From: Candidatus Iainarchaeum sp. | GTDB lineage: Archaea > Micrarchaeota > Micrarchaeia > Burarchaeales > Fermentimicrarchaeaceae | Direction: 5' to 3' | Length of the DNA stretch: 58,063 bases | Assembly: GCA_028714235.1 (NCBI GenBank) | Contig: JAQTMQ010000004.1 | Location: 1 to 58,063 of the forward strand | In this document: positions 27,005-36,399 of the stretch, in pieces | Position numbering within the stretch: the stretch's first letter is position 1 | Layout: each line of letters starts with the position of its first letter | Notes under the pieces: generated by a model | Told to the model about the DNA's origin: nothing | The model's input: the letters and a program-made list of their open reading frames with translations, nothing else | Database searches by the model: none | Program-made: the position numbers and the translations under genes

Positions 27005-27988
27005 TCAAAAGGCGCGCCCGTACCTGTCATGCACCAGTCTATAAGCCGCGCGCAAGGGGTCAAAAGCAAGGAACATGAAAGCGGTGAATAACGCGGCTTT
27101 CGGCGAGAATCCCCTCCTCAAGTTCAAAACGAACAAGAGCACCCCGCGCTCCGAGACCGCGGGCGCGAGCCTTCCCGCCGCATCCCGCCTTCCGCTCTTC
27201 TTGCAGAATCCGCTGAACTTGTAGTGCGTGGAAACGAATTCAGCCGCATTCACGTTCAGGTTTTCCGGGCCAAGGAGCCCGGTGGTCGCCGACGCGTCGT
27301 GAATCATGTACTCGACGGTCGAGTCAAACACCGGGAAGTCGCAAAAGAGCGAGAGCTTCAGGTAATGCAGCCAGTCGCCCGTCATCATGGCCGAAGGGTC
27401 GAAGAGGCCGTGGCGCTCGAGAGTCTTCCGCGAATACGTCGCCATGGGCGACCAAATCACGTTCCGCCTCGCAAGCGCGGAAAGCATCCTCTCCTTGGGC
27501 ACGAACTTTACCCCTTCCGGCCCGTCCTCGAAGAACGCATCGTCCTCGAACGGGTTCCTGAAGGGCGGAAGGAAGCCCGCCATCCTCCTGTAGCCCCCTC
27601 GTCCATCTGAACCGATAATCTCGCAGTTCCTGCAGATTGCGAGCGGGCAGTCCGGATAGCGGTCGTACGCCTCCGCCATTTTCTCGAGGAAGCGCTTGTC
27701 CGGCCACCTGCAGTCGTCCTCCAGGAACGCGATTATTTCGCCGCGCGCCTTCAGGATGGCGGAGTTCAGGTTCTGGAAGAGGCCGAGGTTTATCCTCTGG
27801 CCGTGGTACGAAAAGCGCGCGTCACCAAGCGACTCTATGAACCTCTTGACTTCCGGCTCATTCGCATTGTCGGAAACAATCACTTCAAAGTCCGTGAACG
27901 ACTGCGCCCTGACTCCCGCCACCGCGTGCTTGAGGTAGCCGAGCCGCTTGTAAGTCGGAATCACGACCGAGACTTTAGGGGAGGCCAT
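27005..27988 (-). CDS. glycosyltransferase family 2
   Basis: VSVVIPTYKRLGYL..EVIVSDNANE..IAFLEDDC. Confidence 0.85.
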   Translation of the reverse strand: MASPKVSVVIPTYKRLGYLKHAVAGVRAQSFTDFEVIVSDNANEPEVKRFIESLGDARFSYHGQRINLGLFQNLNSAILKARGEIIAFLEDDCRWPDKRFLEKMAEAYDRYPDCPLAICRNCEIIGSDGRGGYRRMAGFLPPFRNPFEDDAFFEDGPEGVKFVPKERMLSALARRNVIWSPMATYSRKTLERHGLFDPSAMMTGDWLHYLKLSLFCDFPVFDSTVEYMIHDASATTGLLGPENLNVNAAEFVSTHYKFSGFCKKSGRRDAAGRLAPAVSERGVLLFVLNLRRGFSPKAALFTAFMFLAFDPLRAAYRLVHDRYGRAF

Positions 27989-28006
27989 TCCGGCTAAACC
28001 TCTCGC

Positions 28007-28960
28007 TCAAGCTTTTTTAAGCCTCGCGAGGAGCTGGTCCCCGATGCTTATTGCGTCCGGGCCAAGCATTGCCCACGACAGCACGAACTCGCTCCCATGC
28101 CATGCGAGGTTGATACCCGGGTTTTTCCTCAAGGAATAGTACGCGGGCCGCTTCACCCCCATCTTGTTCATGAGGCTGTTCAGCAGGAAGCTGTTTTCGG
28201 AGAACGTCTTGACGTCCGCCTTGAAGCCGGCCCTCTCCGCGAGCATCCTAATAGACTTCGCGGTGAATCCCCACAGGTGGCGCGGGACGTCGTAAGGCTC
28301 GGCTTTTGCGCCGAAGAGCCTGCAGGACACCCCTTCGACATTCGGGACGACAACCAATGCTTCGCCGCCGTCCTTGAGGATGCGGCGGCATTCCCCCAGC
28401 GCAACAACCGGGTCCGCAAGGTGCTCGAGCACATGATTCAATACCACCAAATCATATTTGCCGCCGCGCATTTTTTTTGCGATTTCAAAAAAGTCGCCTT
28501 CAAGCACGTGCAAGCCGGACGCTTTCGCCTCGCGTGAAGCGGGCCCCCTCATCTCGATGCCGGTCATCCTCGCGGCCGGGTTTCTCTCCCGCACCAGCCT
28601 CATCAAAAGCCCTGTCCCGCAGCCCACCTCAAGTATGTCCTTGAACTTTGGGTCGCTCGCAAGGCGGGGAAGGGGCTGGCGGTTCGCGCGGAAAATCCTG
28701 CCGATTTTTTTTGCGAGCGACACCGCGGCCCCGGGTTCGGTTTGCGCCGCTGGAGGGCCGTAGTGGCTTCCATAATACCTTTCAATATCCTTCGGGGGTT
28801 CGGGCAGGCAGGCAAGGCCGCACTCCCCGCACTTGTACACGTCGTATTCAACGCCGTCGGTCAAGAAGTTGATGTCGCACGAGGAGAAGAACTTCGCGCC
28901 AAGGGGCTTCCCGCAAGCCTTGCACGCGAGCCCTCCCGATTTCGCCTGCCTTTTTGGCAT
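28007..28960 (-). CDS. class I SAM-dependent methyltransferase with an N-terminal zinc ribbon (paralogue type of 20915..21838)
   Basis: CKACGK...CGECGLACLPEP followed by ILEVGCGTGLLM and DLVVLNHVLEH. Confidence 0.8.
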   Translation of the reverse strand: MPKRQAKSGGLACKACGKPLGAKFFSSCDINFLTDGVEYDVYKCGECGLACLPEPPKDIERYYGSHYGPPAAQTEPGAAVSLAKKIGRIFRANRQPLPRLASDPKFKDILEVGCGTGLLMRLVRERNPAARMTGIEMRGPASREAKASGLHVLEGDFFEIAKKMRGGKYDLVVLNHVLEHLADPVVALGECRRILKDGGEALVVVPNVEGVSCRLFGAKAEPYDVPRHLWGFTAKSIRMLAERAGFKADVKTFSENSFLLNSLMNKMGVKRPAYYSLRKNPGINLAWHGSEFVLSWAMLGPDAISIGDQLLARLKKA

Positions 28961-28990
28961 AACTCACCCCATTTAACACGATTCAGGCCG

Positions 28991-29542
28991 CTAGCGCTTC
29001 ACCGCTTCGCTGAAACCGGGAAACCCCGCATCCCTTTCGGAGAGAATCACTTTCACGCCCGCATCCGGCAGTTTGATTCCGACTTCGGGGTCGTCGTACT
29101 TGACTCCCCTCTCGCACTCGGGCTTCTGCTCCCCGGAAATAACGTAAAGCACTCGCGAGTCCTCTTCAAGGGAAAGGAAGCCATGCGCAAACCCTTCAGG
29201 GATGTAGACTCCCTTACCGTTCGCCTGCGAGAGCTCCACTCCCACCCATTTCCCGCAGCCCGGGGACGACTTCCTCATGTCGAGCAAAACGTCGAAAACC
29301 TTGCCTTTCACGCACCACACGATTTTTTTCTGCGGGCAGGGCTCCTGGTAATGCATTCCCCTGAAAACCCCCTTGCGATTCGCTGAAATGAACACCTCGT
29401 CAACGGAGAAGGAGAGCCTTTCGAGCAGGCTTCTTTCGAAATACTTCCTGAAGTCCCCTCTGGCATCAGCCTTCTCGAACGCCTTGAGCAAGAGCGCGCC
29501 CCCGCCGAGTTCCTTTACTCCGATTTTCGCCTCCGCCATCAA
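28991..29542 (-). CDS. rmlC: dTDP-4-dehydrorhamnose 3,5-epimerase
   Basis: Cupin motifs FRGMHYQ, KIVWCVKGKVFDVLLDMR, YIPEGFAHGF. Confidence 0.85.
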   Translation of the reverse strand: MMAEAKIGVKELGGGALLLKAFEKADARGDFRKYFERSLLERLSFSVDEVFISANRKGVFRGMHYQEPCPQKKIVWCVKGKVFDVLLDMRKSSPGCGKWVGVELSQANGKGVYIPEGFAHGFLSLEEDSRVLYVISGEQKPECERGVKYDDPEVGIKLPDAGVKVILSERDAGFPGFSEAVKR

Positions 29543-30870
29543 ACCACGTCCCTTACCTTGCCGAACAGCCGCCCGGCTCCCCCTTTCCTGTAAAGCGCCA
29601 TGGCGCGGTGCGCGTAATACTTGTACTTGAGGAGCCTGCTCGCCCTGAACGCCGAGCGCACAGTGGATTTCGCGACGCCGGACGCCTTGTCCACGGCAAT
29701 CTTCGGGTTCCTGCAGAACTCGTCAAGCGGCTCAATCGCATAATCCCAGTTGAGCTCGCGGGAAACAAGCTTTCCCGCGTTCTTCCTCATCTCGGCGACT
29801 TTTTCCGGGCTTTGCAGCCATTCAAGCATTTTTGCGGCGAGCTCGCCCGCATCCCCCGCCTTCACTGTTCCGCCCGCATTATGCGCATTCAGCAAGTCGC
29901 CCACTTCATCCCCTTCCGTGGAGATGACGGGTAATCCCCCCCAGAGGCAGTCGACCGCGCGCAGCCTGAAAGCGAGGAGCGTCATGAGGCTTTCAGGGAA
30001 AGTAATCACCGCGAACTCCGGCTCCGCGTACACTGCCGCGCGCTCTGAGTGCGGCGGCCACCCGGTGAAAAACACGGACTTATCGAGCAAACCAAGCTTT
30101 TTCGCGAGCTCCCGGGATTTCACGAGCGCCTTCCTCGAATAATCGTTGCACGGGTCGCCAGCGCCCGCGAAAACAAGCGCGGCATCCGGCTCGGCGCGCG
30201 CGACCTCCACCATCGCCTTAATCGCGACTTCCGCGTCATACCACTCGTAAATCCTTCCCGGCCAGAGAATCAAGCGCTTGCATTCCGGCACCTTCCCCGC
30301 AAAAAACGGCTGCTTGGGCTTTTTGGGCGCCTCCTGCGACGCCGCAACAGGGATGCTCGCAATCAGTTTGGACTCCCTCGTGAGCGGCGAAATCCTTCCG
30401 GCGAGGCTCAGCATCCCCACATAGTATGCATACGCCCGCATTCCCGCGCAATAAAAGAAGTCGCCGTTCTGTATGTAATTCATGACACGCTGAGTAGCGG
30501 CAGCGAACTCCCGCATCCCCTCCCCGTCCGGCTCGAGCGCGAAAATTGATTCGATGAGCACGGGATCCACGAGGTCCACGACAGTCGGTATGTCCCTGAC
30601 CTCGCGAAAATACTTCTCCCTCATCATGGTCAGGGGCAGAATCACGACTTGCGAGCCTTCAACGCTTTTCCTCACGTTCCCCCAGTCGCAGCCGAGCACG
30701 CTTATTCCCTCCCGCACAATGTCTTTTCCGTGCTCGCTTTCAAGCATCCTGACATCGTGCCCCTTCCGCTTCAGGGCCCGCGCTATCTCCCACGCCATGT
30801 AGCCATTGTTGTTTATGGCGCCGTCCCTCGAAAAAACGGGCTTTGAAGTGATAAGCGAAACTCGCGACAT
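29539..30870 (-). CDS. GT-B fold glycosyltransferase (GT4/GT1-like)
   Basis: 443 aa with two Rossmann-like halves. The C-terminal half carries GLPVISTEGDEVGDLL, like the GT4 E-x7-E region. 4-nt overlap with rmlC. Confidence 0.65.
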   Translation of the reverse strand: MSRVSLITSKPVFSRDGAINNNGYMAWEIARALKRKGHDVRMLESEHGKDIVREGISVLGCDWGNVRKSVEGSQVVILPLTMMREKYFREVRDIPTVVDLVDPVLIESIFALEPDGEGMREFAAATQRVMNYIQNGDFFYCAGMRAYAYYVGMLSLAGRISPLTRESKLIASIPVAASQEAPKKPKQPFFAGKVPECKRLILWPGRIYEWYDAEVAIKAMVEVARAEPDAALVFAGAGDPCNDYSRKALVKSRELAKKLGLLDKSVFFTGWPPHSERAAVYAEPEFAVITFPESLMTLLAFRLRAVDCLWGGLPVISTEGDEVGDLLNAHNAGGTVKAGDAGELAAKMLEWLQSPEKVAEMRKNAGKLVSRELNWDYAIEPLDEFCRNPKIAVDKASGVAKSTVRSAFRASRLLKYKYYAHRAMALYRKGGAGRLFGKVRDVV

Positions 30871-30935
30871 CCCACCACTGCCCGGACTCCCCGGATACCC
30901 ACTTTTTTAATTCGCGCTATTTAAAACTCAGCCAT

Positions 30936-32432
30936 ATGCCCGAAAAGCGCGCGCAGCCCCATGCAGAGAAGTGGTACGACTACATCCTCAAGGAGAACGC
31001 TTACGGCGTCGCCGCGCAAGTCGTAGTCTTCCTCGCCGGACTCCTCGTAACAATCACGTTCCCCCGCATCCTGGGGACGGAGGGCTTCGGCTATTTCTCC
31101 CTCGCACTCGTTACAGCCAACGCCGCCATGTTCTTCGCCGACTTCGGCATCTTCAACGTCCTCCTCCGCATGATGCCTGTCGGCATGCGTGAAGGCAACG
31201 CGCAGCGCTACTACGCCATGTTCAGGGCATGGAAGCTCGCCCTCGCCTTCCTCTCCTCCTCCGCCCTCTTCCTCGCCTCAGACTTCCTCGCCGGGGCGGT
31301 CTTCAAGGCCGCGCCGCTTGCGCCAGCGCTCAAGCTCGCCGCAGGATACCTCTTCCTCTACGCCCTCTACACGTTTTACGACTACTACTTCATCTCGCTC
31401 AAGAAAAACAAGTTCTCGCTCGCCATAAGCATAGCCTACAACCTGCTTCGCTTCCTCCTTCCGCTTGCAGTCTTCCTCCTCATAAGCCCCGACTTCTACG
31501 GCTTCCTCGCCGGAACCATCGCGGCCCTGGCCCTCTCGGTTCTCGCCTCCTCCTTCCTCGCGCGCGGAATCCGCCTCCCCTCAAAACCCCACGAACTGAA
31601 CATGGAGGAAGTCAAGCGCCTCCTTTTCTACGGCTCGCTTTCCTACCTCGCCGGTAACCTCCTCATCTATTCGGACACGCTCGCGGTCGGAATCCTGCTC
31701 CCCGCCTCGGATGTCGGAATCTACCGCGTCGCATGGCTCTGGGCCACCGCGAGCGCCTTCCTCCTCCCCTTCTCGCTGCGGACATTCTCCTCCATCCACG
31801 CGTACGAGTCAATGGAGAAAAGCGCGAAAATAATCTCGGCAACCTTCAAGTACACGGTGATGCTCGTCTTCCTGATGCTTCTCGGCATACTCGCGGTCTC
31901 GGACAAGTTCCTCGTCCTCTTCTACGGCCCGGAATTCGCCGTCGCCTACCCCATCCTCGGAGTCCTCTCGCTCATGCTTTTCGACATGGCCCTCAGCCCC
32001 ATCTTCAGCTCGCTCTTCATCGGGAAGGGCTACCTCGGCAAGCCCACCACAGTGGGCCTGGCATCCGGCGCAATCCTCATAGCGCTCCTCGCCACCCTCA
32101 CTCCGGCCTACGGCCTCATGGGCGCGGCCGCCTCAATCGTTGCCGCGCGCACGCTCAACCTTTTCGGAACCGCGTGGCTCGCGATGCGCCTCGCCAAGTT
32201 CCGCCTGAGCCCCTCCCTGGTCCTCAAGCCCGCGCTCGCCGCACTCGCTTCCTTCCTCATCCTGAAAAGCTTCCTGCCGCTCACCGGGCTGTTGAACGCG
32301 CTCATCCTCGGCTTCGCGTCCGTCGCCCTCTACGGCATAGCGCTCATCCTGTTGAGAGGCATCGAGCTGAACGAAATAGAGTCAATGCTTCGGGGCGCGC
32401 TGGGAAGGCGAGTCAGGAAACCCGCTTCGTGA
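30936..32432 (+). CDS. Wzx-like oligosaccharide flippase (MOP superfamily)
   Basis: 498 aa, about 12-14 TM helices, typical polysaccharide-biosynthesis-protein N-terminus (ENAYGVAAQVVVFLAGLLVTITFPRILG). Confidence 0.8.
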   Translation: MPEKRAQPHAEKWYDYILKENAYGVAAQVVVFLAGLLVTITFPRILGTEGFGYFSLALVTANAAMFFADFGIFNVLLRMMPVGMREGNAQRYYAMFRAWKLALAFLSSSALFLASDFLAGAVFKAAPLAPALKLAAGYLFLYALYTFYDYYFISLKKNKFSLAISIAYNLLRFLLPLAVFLLISPDFYGFLAGTIAALALSVLASSFLARGIRLPSKPHELNMEEVKRLLFYGSLSYLAGNLLIYSDTLAVGILLPASDVGIYRVAWLWATASAFLLPFSLRTFSSIHAYESMEKSAKIISATFKYTVMLVFLMLLGILAVSDKFLVLFYGPEFAVAYPILGVLSLMLFDMALSPIFSSLFIGKGYLGKPTTVGLASGAILIALLATLTPAYGLMGAAASIVAARTLNLFGTAWLAMRLAKFRLSPSLVLKPALAALASFLILKSFLPLTGLLNALILGFASVALYGIALILLRGIELNEIESMLRGALGRRVRKPAS

Positions 32433-33381
32433 GCGGCTCCCACCACCACTTGTTCTCCGCGTACCACTTGACGGTGCGCGCGAGCCCTTCCGCAAGCTTC
32501 ACTTTCGGCTTCCAGCCGAGCTCCCCCCCAATCTTCTTGCAGTCGAGCGAATACCTGAAATCGTGGCCCTTCCTGTCGGGAACGAACTCAACCATCGTCT
32601 CGTCCTTCCCGAGCAGGGAGAGAATCGTCCTCGTGAGCTCGAGGTTCGTCCTCTCCTCGCCCCCGCCGATGTTGTAGATTTCGCCCGGCTCCCCCTTCAG
32701 GAGGACGGATTCAATCCCGTCGCAGTTGTCCTCCACGAAAAGCCAGTCCCGCACGTTCTTGCCGGTCCCGTAAACCGGCGCCTTCTTCCCCCGCAAGAGG
32801 TTCGTGATGAACAACGGGACGATTTTTTCCGGGAACTGGTAGGGGCCGTAGTTGTTGGACGACCTCGTAACCGCGACCGGGACGCCGTGCGTCACGAAAT
32901 AGGCGCGCGCGAACATTTCGGCAGCCGCCTTGCTCGCCGAGTAGGGCGAGTTCGGCTCGAGGCGGCCCGTTTCACTGAAGGAGCCGCTTTTCGCCGAGCC
33001 GTAAATTTCGTCCGTTGAAATGTGCACGAATTTCTCGACGCCCTCTTTTCTCGCGGCCTCAAGAAGCACGCACGTCCCCTCCACGTTGGACTTGAGGAAC
33101 GGGGCGAAGTCGCCGATGGACCTGTCAACGTGCGACTCGGCTGCGAAATGCACGACCGCGTCCGCGCCCTTCATGGCGGCCGCAACGGTTTTCGCGTCGC
33201 AAATGTCGCCTTTCACGAAAGAGTAGTTAGGGTTCTTCTCGAAATCCTTGGTGTTCTCGGGCCTTCCCGCGTACGTGAGCTTGTCCAGATTTGCTATCCT
33301 CCAGTCCGGGTGCCTCTCGAGCATCAGCCGGATGAAGTTGCAGCCAATAAACCCAGACCCGCCGGTGACGAGAAGCCTCAT
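32413..33381 (-). CDS. rmlB: dTDP-glucose 4,6-dehydratase
   Basis: MRLLVTGGSGFIGCNFIR, DKLTYAG, YSASKAAAEMF. Confidence 0.9.
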   Translation of the reverse strand: MRLLVTGGSGFIGCNFIRLMLERHPDWRIANLDKLTYAGRPENTKDFEKNPNYSFVKGDICDAKTVAAAMKGADAVVHFAAESHVDRSIGDFAPFLKSNVEGTCVLLEAARKEGVEKFVHISTDEIYGSAKSGSFSETGRLEPNSPYSASKAAAEMFARAYFVTHGVPVAVTRSSNNYGPYQFPEKIVPLFITNLLRGKKAPVYGTGKNVRDWLFVEDNCDGIESVLLKGEPGEIYNIGGGEERTNLELTRTILSLLGKDETMVEFVPDRKGHDFRYSLDCKKIGGELGWKPKVKLAEGLARTVKWYAENKWWWEPLTKRVS

Positions 33382-33818
33382 TCCTTTTCACCCGCCTTCG
33401 CTTCCTTGCATCCAAGGATTGCGCGCTCTATTCCCCGTATCGCCTTCCCGGCGTCCCCTGCCCGGACGAGGAAGTGGTTGTTCCCGAAGGACGAGACGGG
33501 CGCGGACGCGACGCCTTCGCGCGAAAAGATGGAGGCGATTTCGGAGAGGACGCCCGGCGTTTCCCGCAGCTCCGGCATCTCGAGGGTCACGACCTTGTAC
33601 GGCCCCTTGATTTTCACGTTCTTGAGCTGCGGCTCGAGCTCGTGCCATTTCTCGGTGGGGAGGATGAGCGTCGTCTCGCCCTTCTCCTTGACCACCGCGG
33701 AAAACCCCTCCCCGCCGATGGAAACGTTCGCGGCACCGGGAAGGCCGACGAGCTGGAACTCCTCCTTTGAATAGACCACGCGCGCCTTCGCGAACAGCGG
33801 CTTAAGCTTTTCATCCAT
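33378..33818 (-). CDS. ACT-domain (ACT_7-like) small-ligand-binding protein
   Basis: C-terminal VVTLEMPELRETPGVLSEIASIFSREGVASAPVSSFGNNHFLV resembles ACT_7/CASTOR-type domains. 4-nt overlap with the rmlB start. Confidence 0.6.
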   Translation of the reverse strand: MDEKLKPLFAKARVVYSKEEFQLVGLPGAANVSIGGEGFSAVVKEKGETTLILPTEKWHELEPQLKNVKIKGPYKVVTLEMPELRETPGVLSEIASIFSREGVASAPVSSFGNNHFLVRAGDAGKAIRGIERAILGCKEAKAGEKE

Positions 33819-33831
33819 GATTACGCACCAG

Positions 33832-34137
33832 CTACGTGAGCTCCACGCTTTCCTTGAGAACCTCCCTGAAGAACGCCCTGCCCTTCACCTGCTCGAACTC
33901 TGCCGGGGTGTAGGGAAGGACGTCAACGCGCGCCCCGGCAGGCGCGAGTTCCGACACGTCGGTGACGCGGTCAAAGAACCGCTTCGCGAAGCCCGCTATG
34001 ACTATCAAGTCGTAATCGCTTTTTTCGTTTACGTCCCCCCTTGCCCGGCTGCCGAAGAGGATGACCCGCGCGCCAGGATAACGCGCGCGGAGCTTTTTCA
34101 CGAAGGGCTTCAGAAAGCGCCCTTTTTCTCCACCCAT
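33832..34137 (-). CDS. MNT-type nucleotidyltransferase (antitoxin-like partner of HEPN)
   Basis: ILFGSRARGDVNEKSDYDLIV is the GSxxRG..D.D polymerase-beta nucleotidyltransferase motif. It overlaps the HEPN gene. Confidence 0.8.
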   Translation of the reverse strand: MGGEKGRFLKPFVKKLRARYPGARVILFGSRARGDVNEKSDYDLIVIAGFAKRFFDRVTDVSELAPAGARVDVLPYTPAEFEQVKGRAFFREVLKESVELT

Positions 34138-34424
34138 GCTATCACCGTGCTCGCATGCCGGATGCACTCCTGCGCGTCCTCGGGAGTGAAAAACTCGTGC
34201 GGCGAGTCCGCAGGTATGCTTCCGGGATACCTCGTCGAAATGTAGAAATGATCCAGGCGCTTCGCTTGCGCGAGTCCGTTCGCGCTTTTATCGAGCCTGC
34301 CTGCAAGGCCCACCAATTCGTAAACCGAGTGGGTGAGAACTTCCCGCTTGCCATGCAGGTCGAACTTCGCCTGCTTAAGCCAGCGCGCGAATTCAGACCG
34401 GTTGTTGTCGGTTCCCATGGCCAA
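34110..34424 (-). CDS. HEPN-domain protein, shortened
   Basis: FARWLKQAKFDL.. and ..LDHFYISTRYPGSIP..FTPEDAQECIRHASTVIAWVEKK match the first and last HEPN helices. The segment between them looks about 35 aa shorter than I expect for this family. Confidence 0.65.
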   Translation of the reverse strand: MAMGTDNNRSEFARWLKQAKFDLHGKREVLTHSVYELVGLAGRLDKSANGLAQAKRLDHFYISTRYPGSIPADSPHEFFTPEDAQECIRHASTVIAWVEKKGAF

Positions 34425-35420
34425 TCACCAGTATTCGGTTCTCCTTTCGCGGTAGAACTCCACCGTGCTCTTGAGCCCCCGCTCAAGCGGCGTCGCGGGC
34501 TCCCACCCGAGCTCCCTCCTGATTTTCTCGTAGGAAACGAAGAAGTCGCCCACCTCGATCGCCTTCCTGTCCGGGGGCCATGGGACGAGCCTGTACGAGC
34601 CGCTTCCGGCCGCGGCGATGACCGCCTTCACCATGTCGAGGAACCGGGTCTCCTTGCCCGAGCCGAGCAGGTAATACTTGCCGTCCGCCTCGCCCTTCTG
34701 CGCGGCGAGAACCATCGCGTCCGCGACGTCCGCGACGTAGTTGTAGTCGCGCGCCTGCGAGCCGTCTCCGAAAACCTGTATCTCCTTCCCTTCAAGCGCA
34801 AGCCGGACGAACCAGTTCAAAATCCCGTACCTGGCGTGCTTCATCTGGTGCCGCTCGCCGTACGTGTTGTTGATGCGCAGCGAGGTCGCGCGCAGGCCGT
34901 AGGCAGAATTGTAGATTAGGTGGTATTTTTCGGCGGCCCACTTGTCCGCCCCGTAGATGTCCGCGGGGTTGTCCGCCTGCTCCTCGTCCCCCGGGGTTTT
35001 CCTGAGCGCGCCCATCTGCGCGCGCGTTCCCGCGTAGACGATTTTCGCGTTCTCGGCCTTCCTCCTGCACGCCTCGAGCACGACGAGCGCGCCCCTGCAG
35101 TTTATGTCGAGGTCGAGGAACGGGTCCGTCATCGAGTCCAGGTGCGAGACCTGTCCGGCGCAGTTGAAGACGCAGTCCATGCCTTCCACCGCCGCTTCCA
35201 TGGCCGCCTTGTCGCGCACGTCCGCCTTCACGAAATCAATCTTTTCCCTGATTTCCTTCACGTTCGCGAAGTTCCATCCGTAGGGGTCGAGGCAGGCGTC
35301 GGCAACCGTCACGTCGGCGCCGAGCGAGGCGAGCCTGTGCGCCGTGTTCGAGCCGATGAACCCGAGCCCGCCGAGAACGAGGCAGCGCGCCCCCTTCATT
35401 TCCTTCAGGAAGTAAGCCAT
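34425..35420 (-). CDS. NAD-dependent NDP-sugar epimerase/dehydratase (extended SDR)
   Basis: CLVLGGLGFIGSN, catalytic YGADKWAAEKY. Substrate not assignable from sequence. Confidence 0.85.
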   Translation of the reverse strand: MAYFLKEMKGARCLVLGGLGFIGSNTAHRLASLGADVTVADACLDPYGWNFANVKEIREKIDFVKADVRDKAAMEAAVEGMDCVFNCAGQVSHLDSMTDPFLDLDINCRGALVVLEACRRKAENAKIVYAGTRAQMGALRKTPGDEEQADNPADIYGADKWAAEKYHLIYNSAYGLRATSLRINNTYGERHQMKHARYGILNWFVRLALEGKEIQVFGDGSQARDYNYVADVADAMVLAAQKGEADGKYYLLGSGKETRFLDMVKAVIAAAGSGSYRLVPWPPDRKAIEVGDFFVSYEKIRRELGWEPATPLERGLKSTVEFYRERRTEYW

Positions 35421-35487
35421 CTATACCGCGTAAAGTTGGGCTGCCATCTCTTAAAATACCTTGTCGGCACAAAATCCACCGGTGTAA

Positions 35488-36399
35488 ATGAGGGTTCTTG
35501 TCACTGGCGCCTCCGGGCTCCTGGGTTTCAGGGTTGCGCGGCTTGCCGCGCGCGCACACAGCGTGGTCGCCGCCTACTCGACCACCCCGGTGGAGCTGGC
35601 AGGGGCGGAAACGGTCAGGCTCGACGTTCTGGACCGGGAATCGGTTTTCAGGGCCGTTAAATCGGCGGACCCTGACACGATAATCCATTGCGCGGCGATG
35701 GCGGGCGTTGACGACTGCGAGCGCTTTCCCGAGAAGGCGGTGGCGGTGAACGGGACCGGGACCGAAAGCCTGGCGATGGCGGCGCGCAACGTCGGGGCGA
35801 AGCTCGCCTACGTTTCCACGGACTACGTTTTCGACGGAAAGAAGCAGGGCGCCTACACCGAGCTTGACGCGCCGAACCCGATAAACTCCTACGGCCGCTC
35901 CAAGCTCCGCGGCGAGTTCGCGGCGCGGCTCGCGGGCAACTACGCGGTTGCCCGCACGAGCGTGCTTTTCGGCTGGAACCTTTGCGGCTCAAGGGAAAAC
36001 TTTTACGCGAAGATGGTGGGCGCGCTGAAGCGCGGCGAGCAGGTACAGCTCGACACGTCCTCGATTGTCACGCCCACTTTCGTGGAGAACGCGGCAGAGG
36101 GGCTCGTGAGAATCGGGGAGTCGGGCGCGCGCGGGCTGTTCCACGTTTCCGGGGGCGTCGCGATGAACCGCTTCGAGTTCGGGCTGCTGGCGGCGCGGGT
36201 TTTCGGCTTCGACGAGTCGCTCATCACGCCCTCGACGCCCGGGGAGTTCGGCTGGCTTGCGAAGCGCCCGGAAAACTCGGCGCTGTCGGCGGAGAAGGCG
36301 GAGAGGGAGCTTGGTCTTAAACCGGTTCCGCCAAAAGAGGGGTGGATGCGCATGAAACAGGAGCTTGAGATGGCGAGCCCGGGAGGGTGGCGCTTGTGA
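35488..36399 (+). CDS. rmlD: dTDP-4-dehydrorhamnose reductase
   Basis: MRVLVTGASGLLG, IIHCAAMAGVDDCE, YVSTDYVFDGKK, NSYGRSKLRGE. Confidence 0.85.
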   Translation: MRVLVTGASGLLGFRVARLAARAHSVVAAYSTTPVELAGAETVRLDVLDRESVFRAVKSADPDTIIHCAAMAGVDDCERFPEKAVAVNGTGTESLAMAARNVGAKLAYVSTDYVFDGKKQGAYTELDAPNPINSYGRSKLRGEFAARLAGNYAVARTSVLFGWNLCGSRENFYAKMVGALKRGEQVQLDTSSIVTPTFVENAAEGLVRIGESGARGLFHVSGGVAMNRFEFGLLAARVFGFDESLITPSTPGEFGWLAKRPENSALSAEKAERELGLKPVPPKEGWMRMKQELEMASPGGWRL

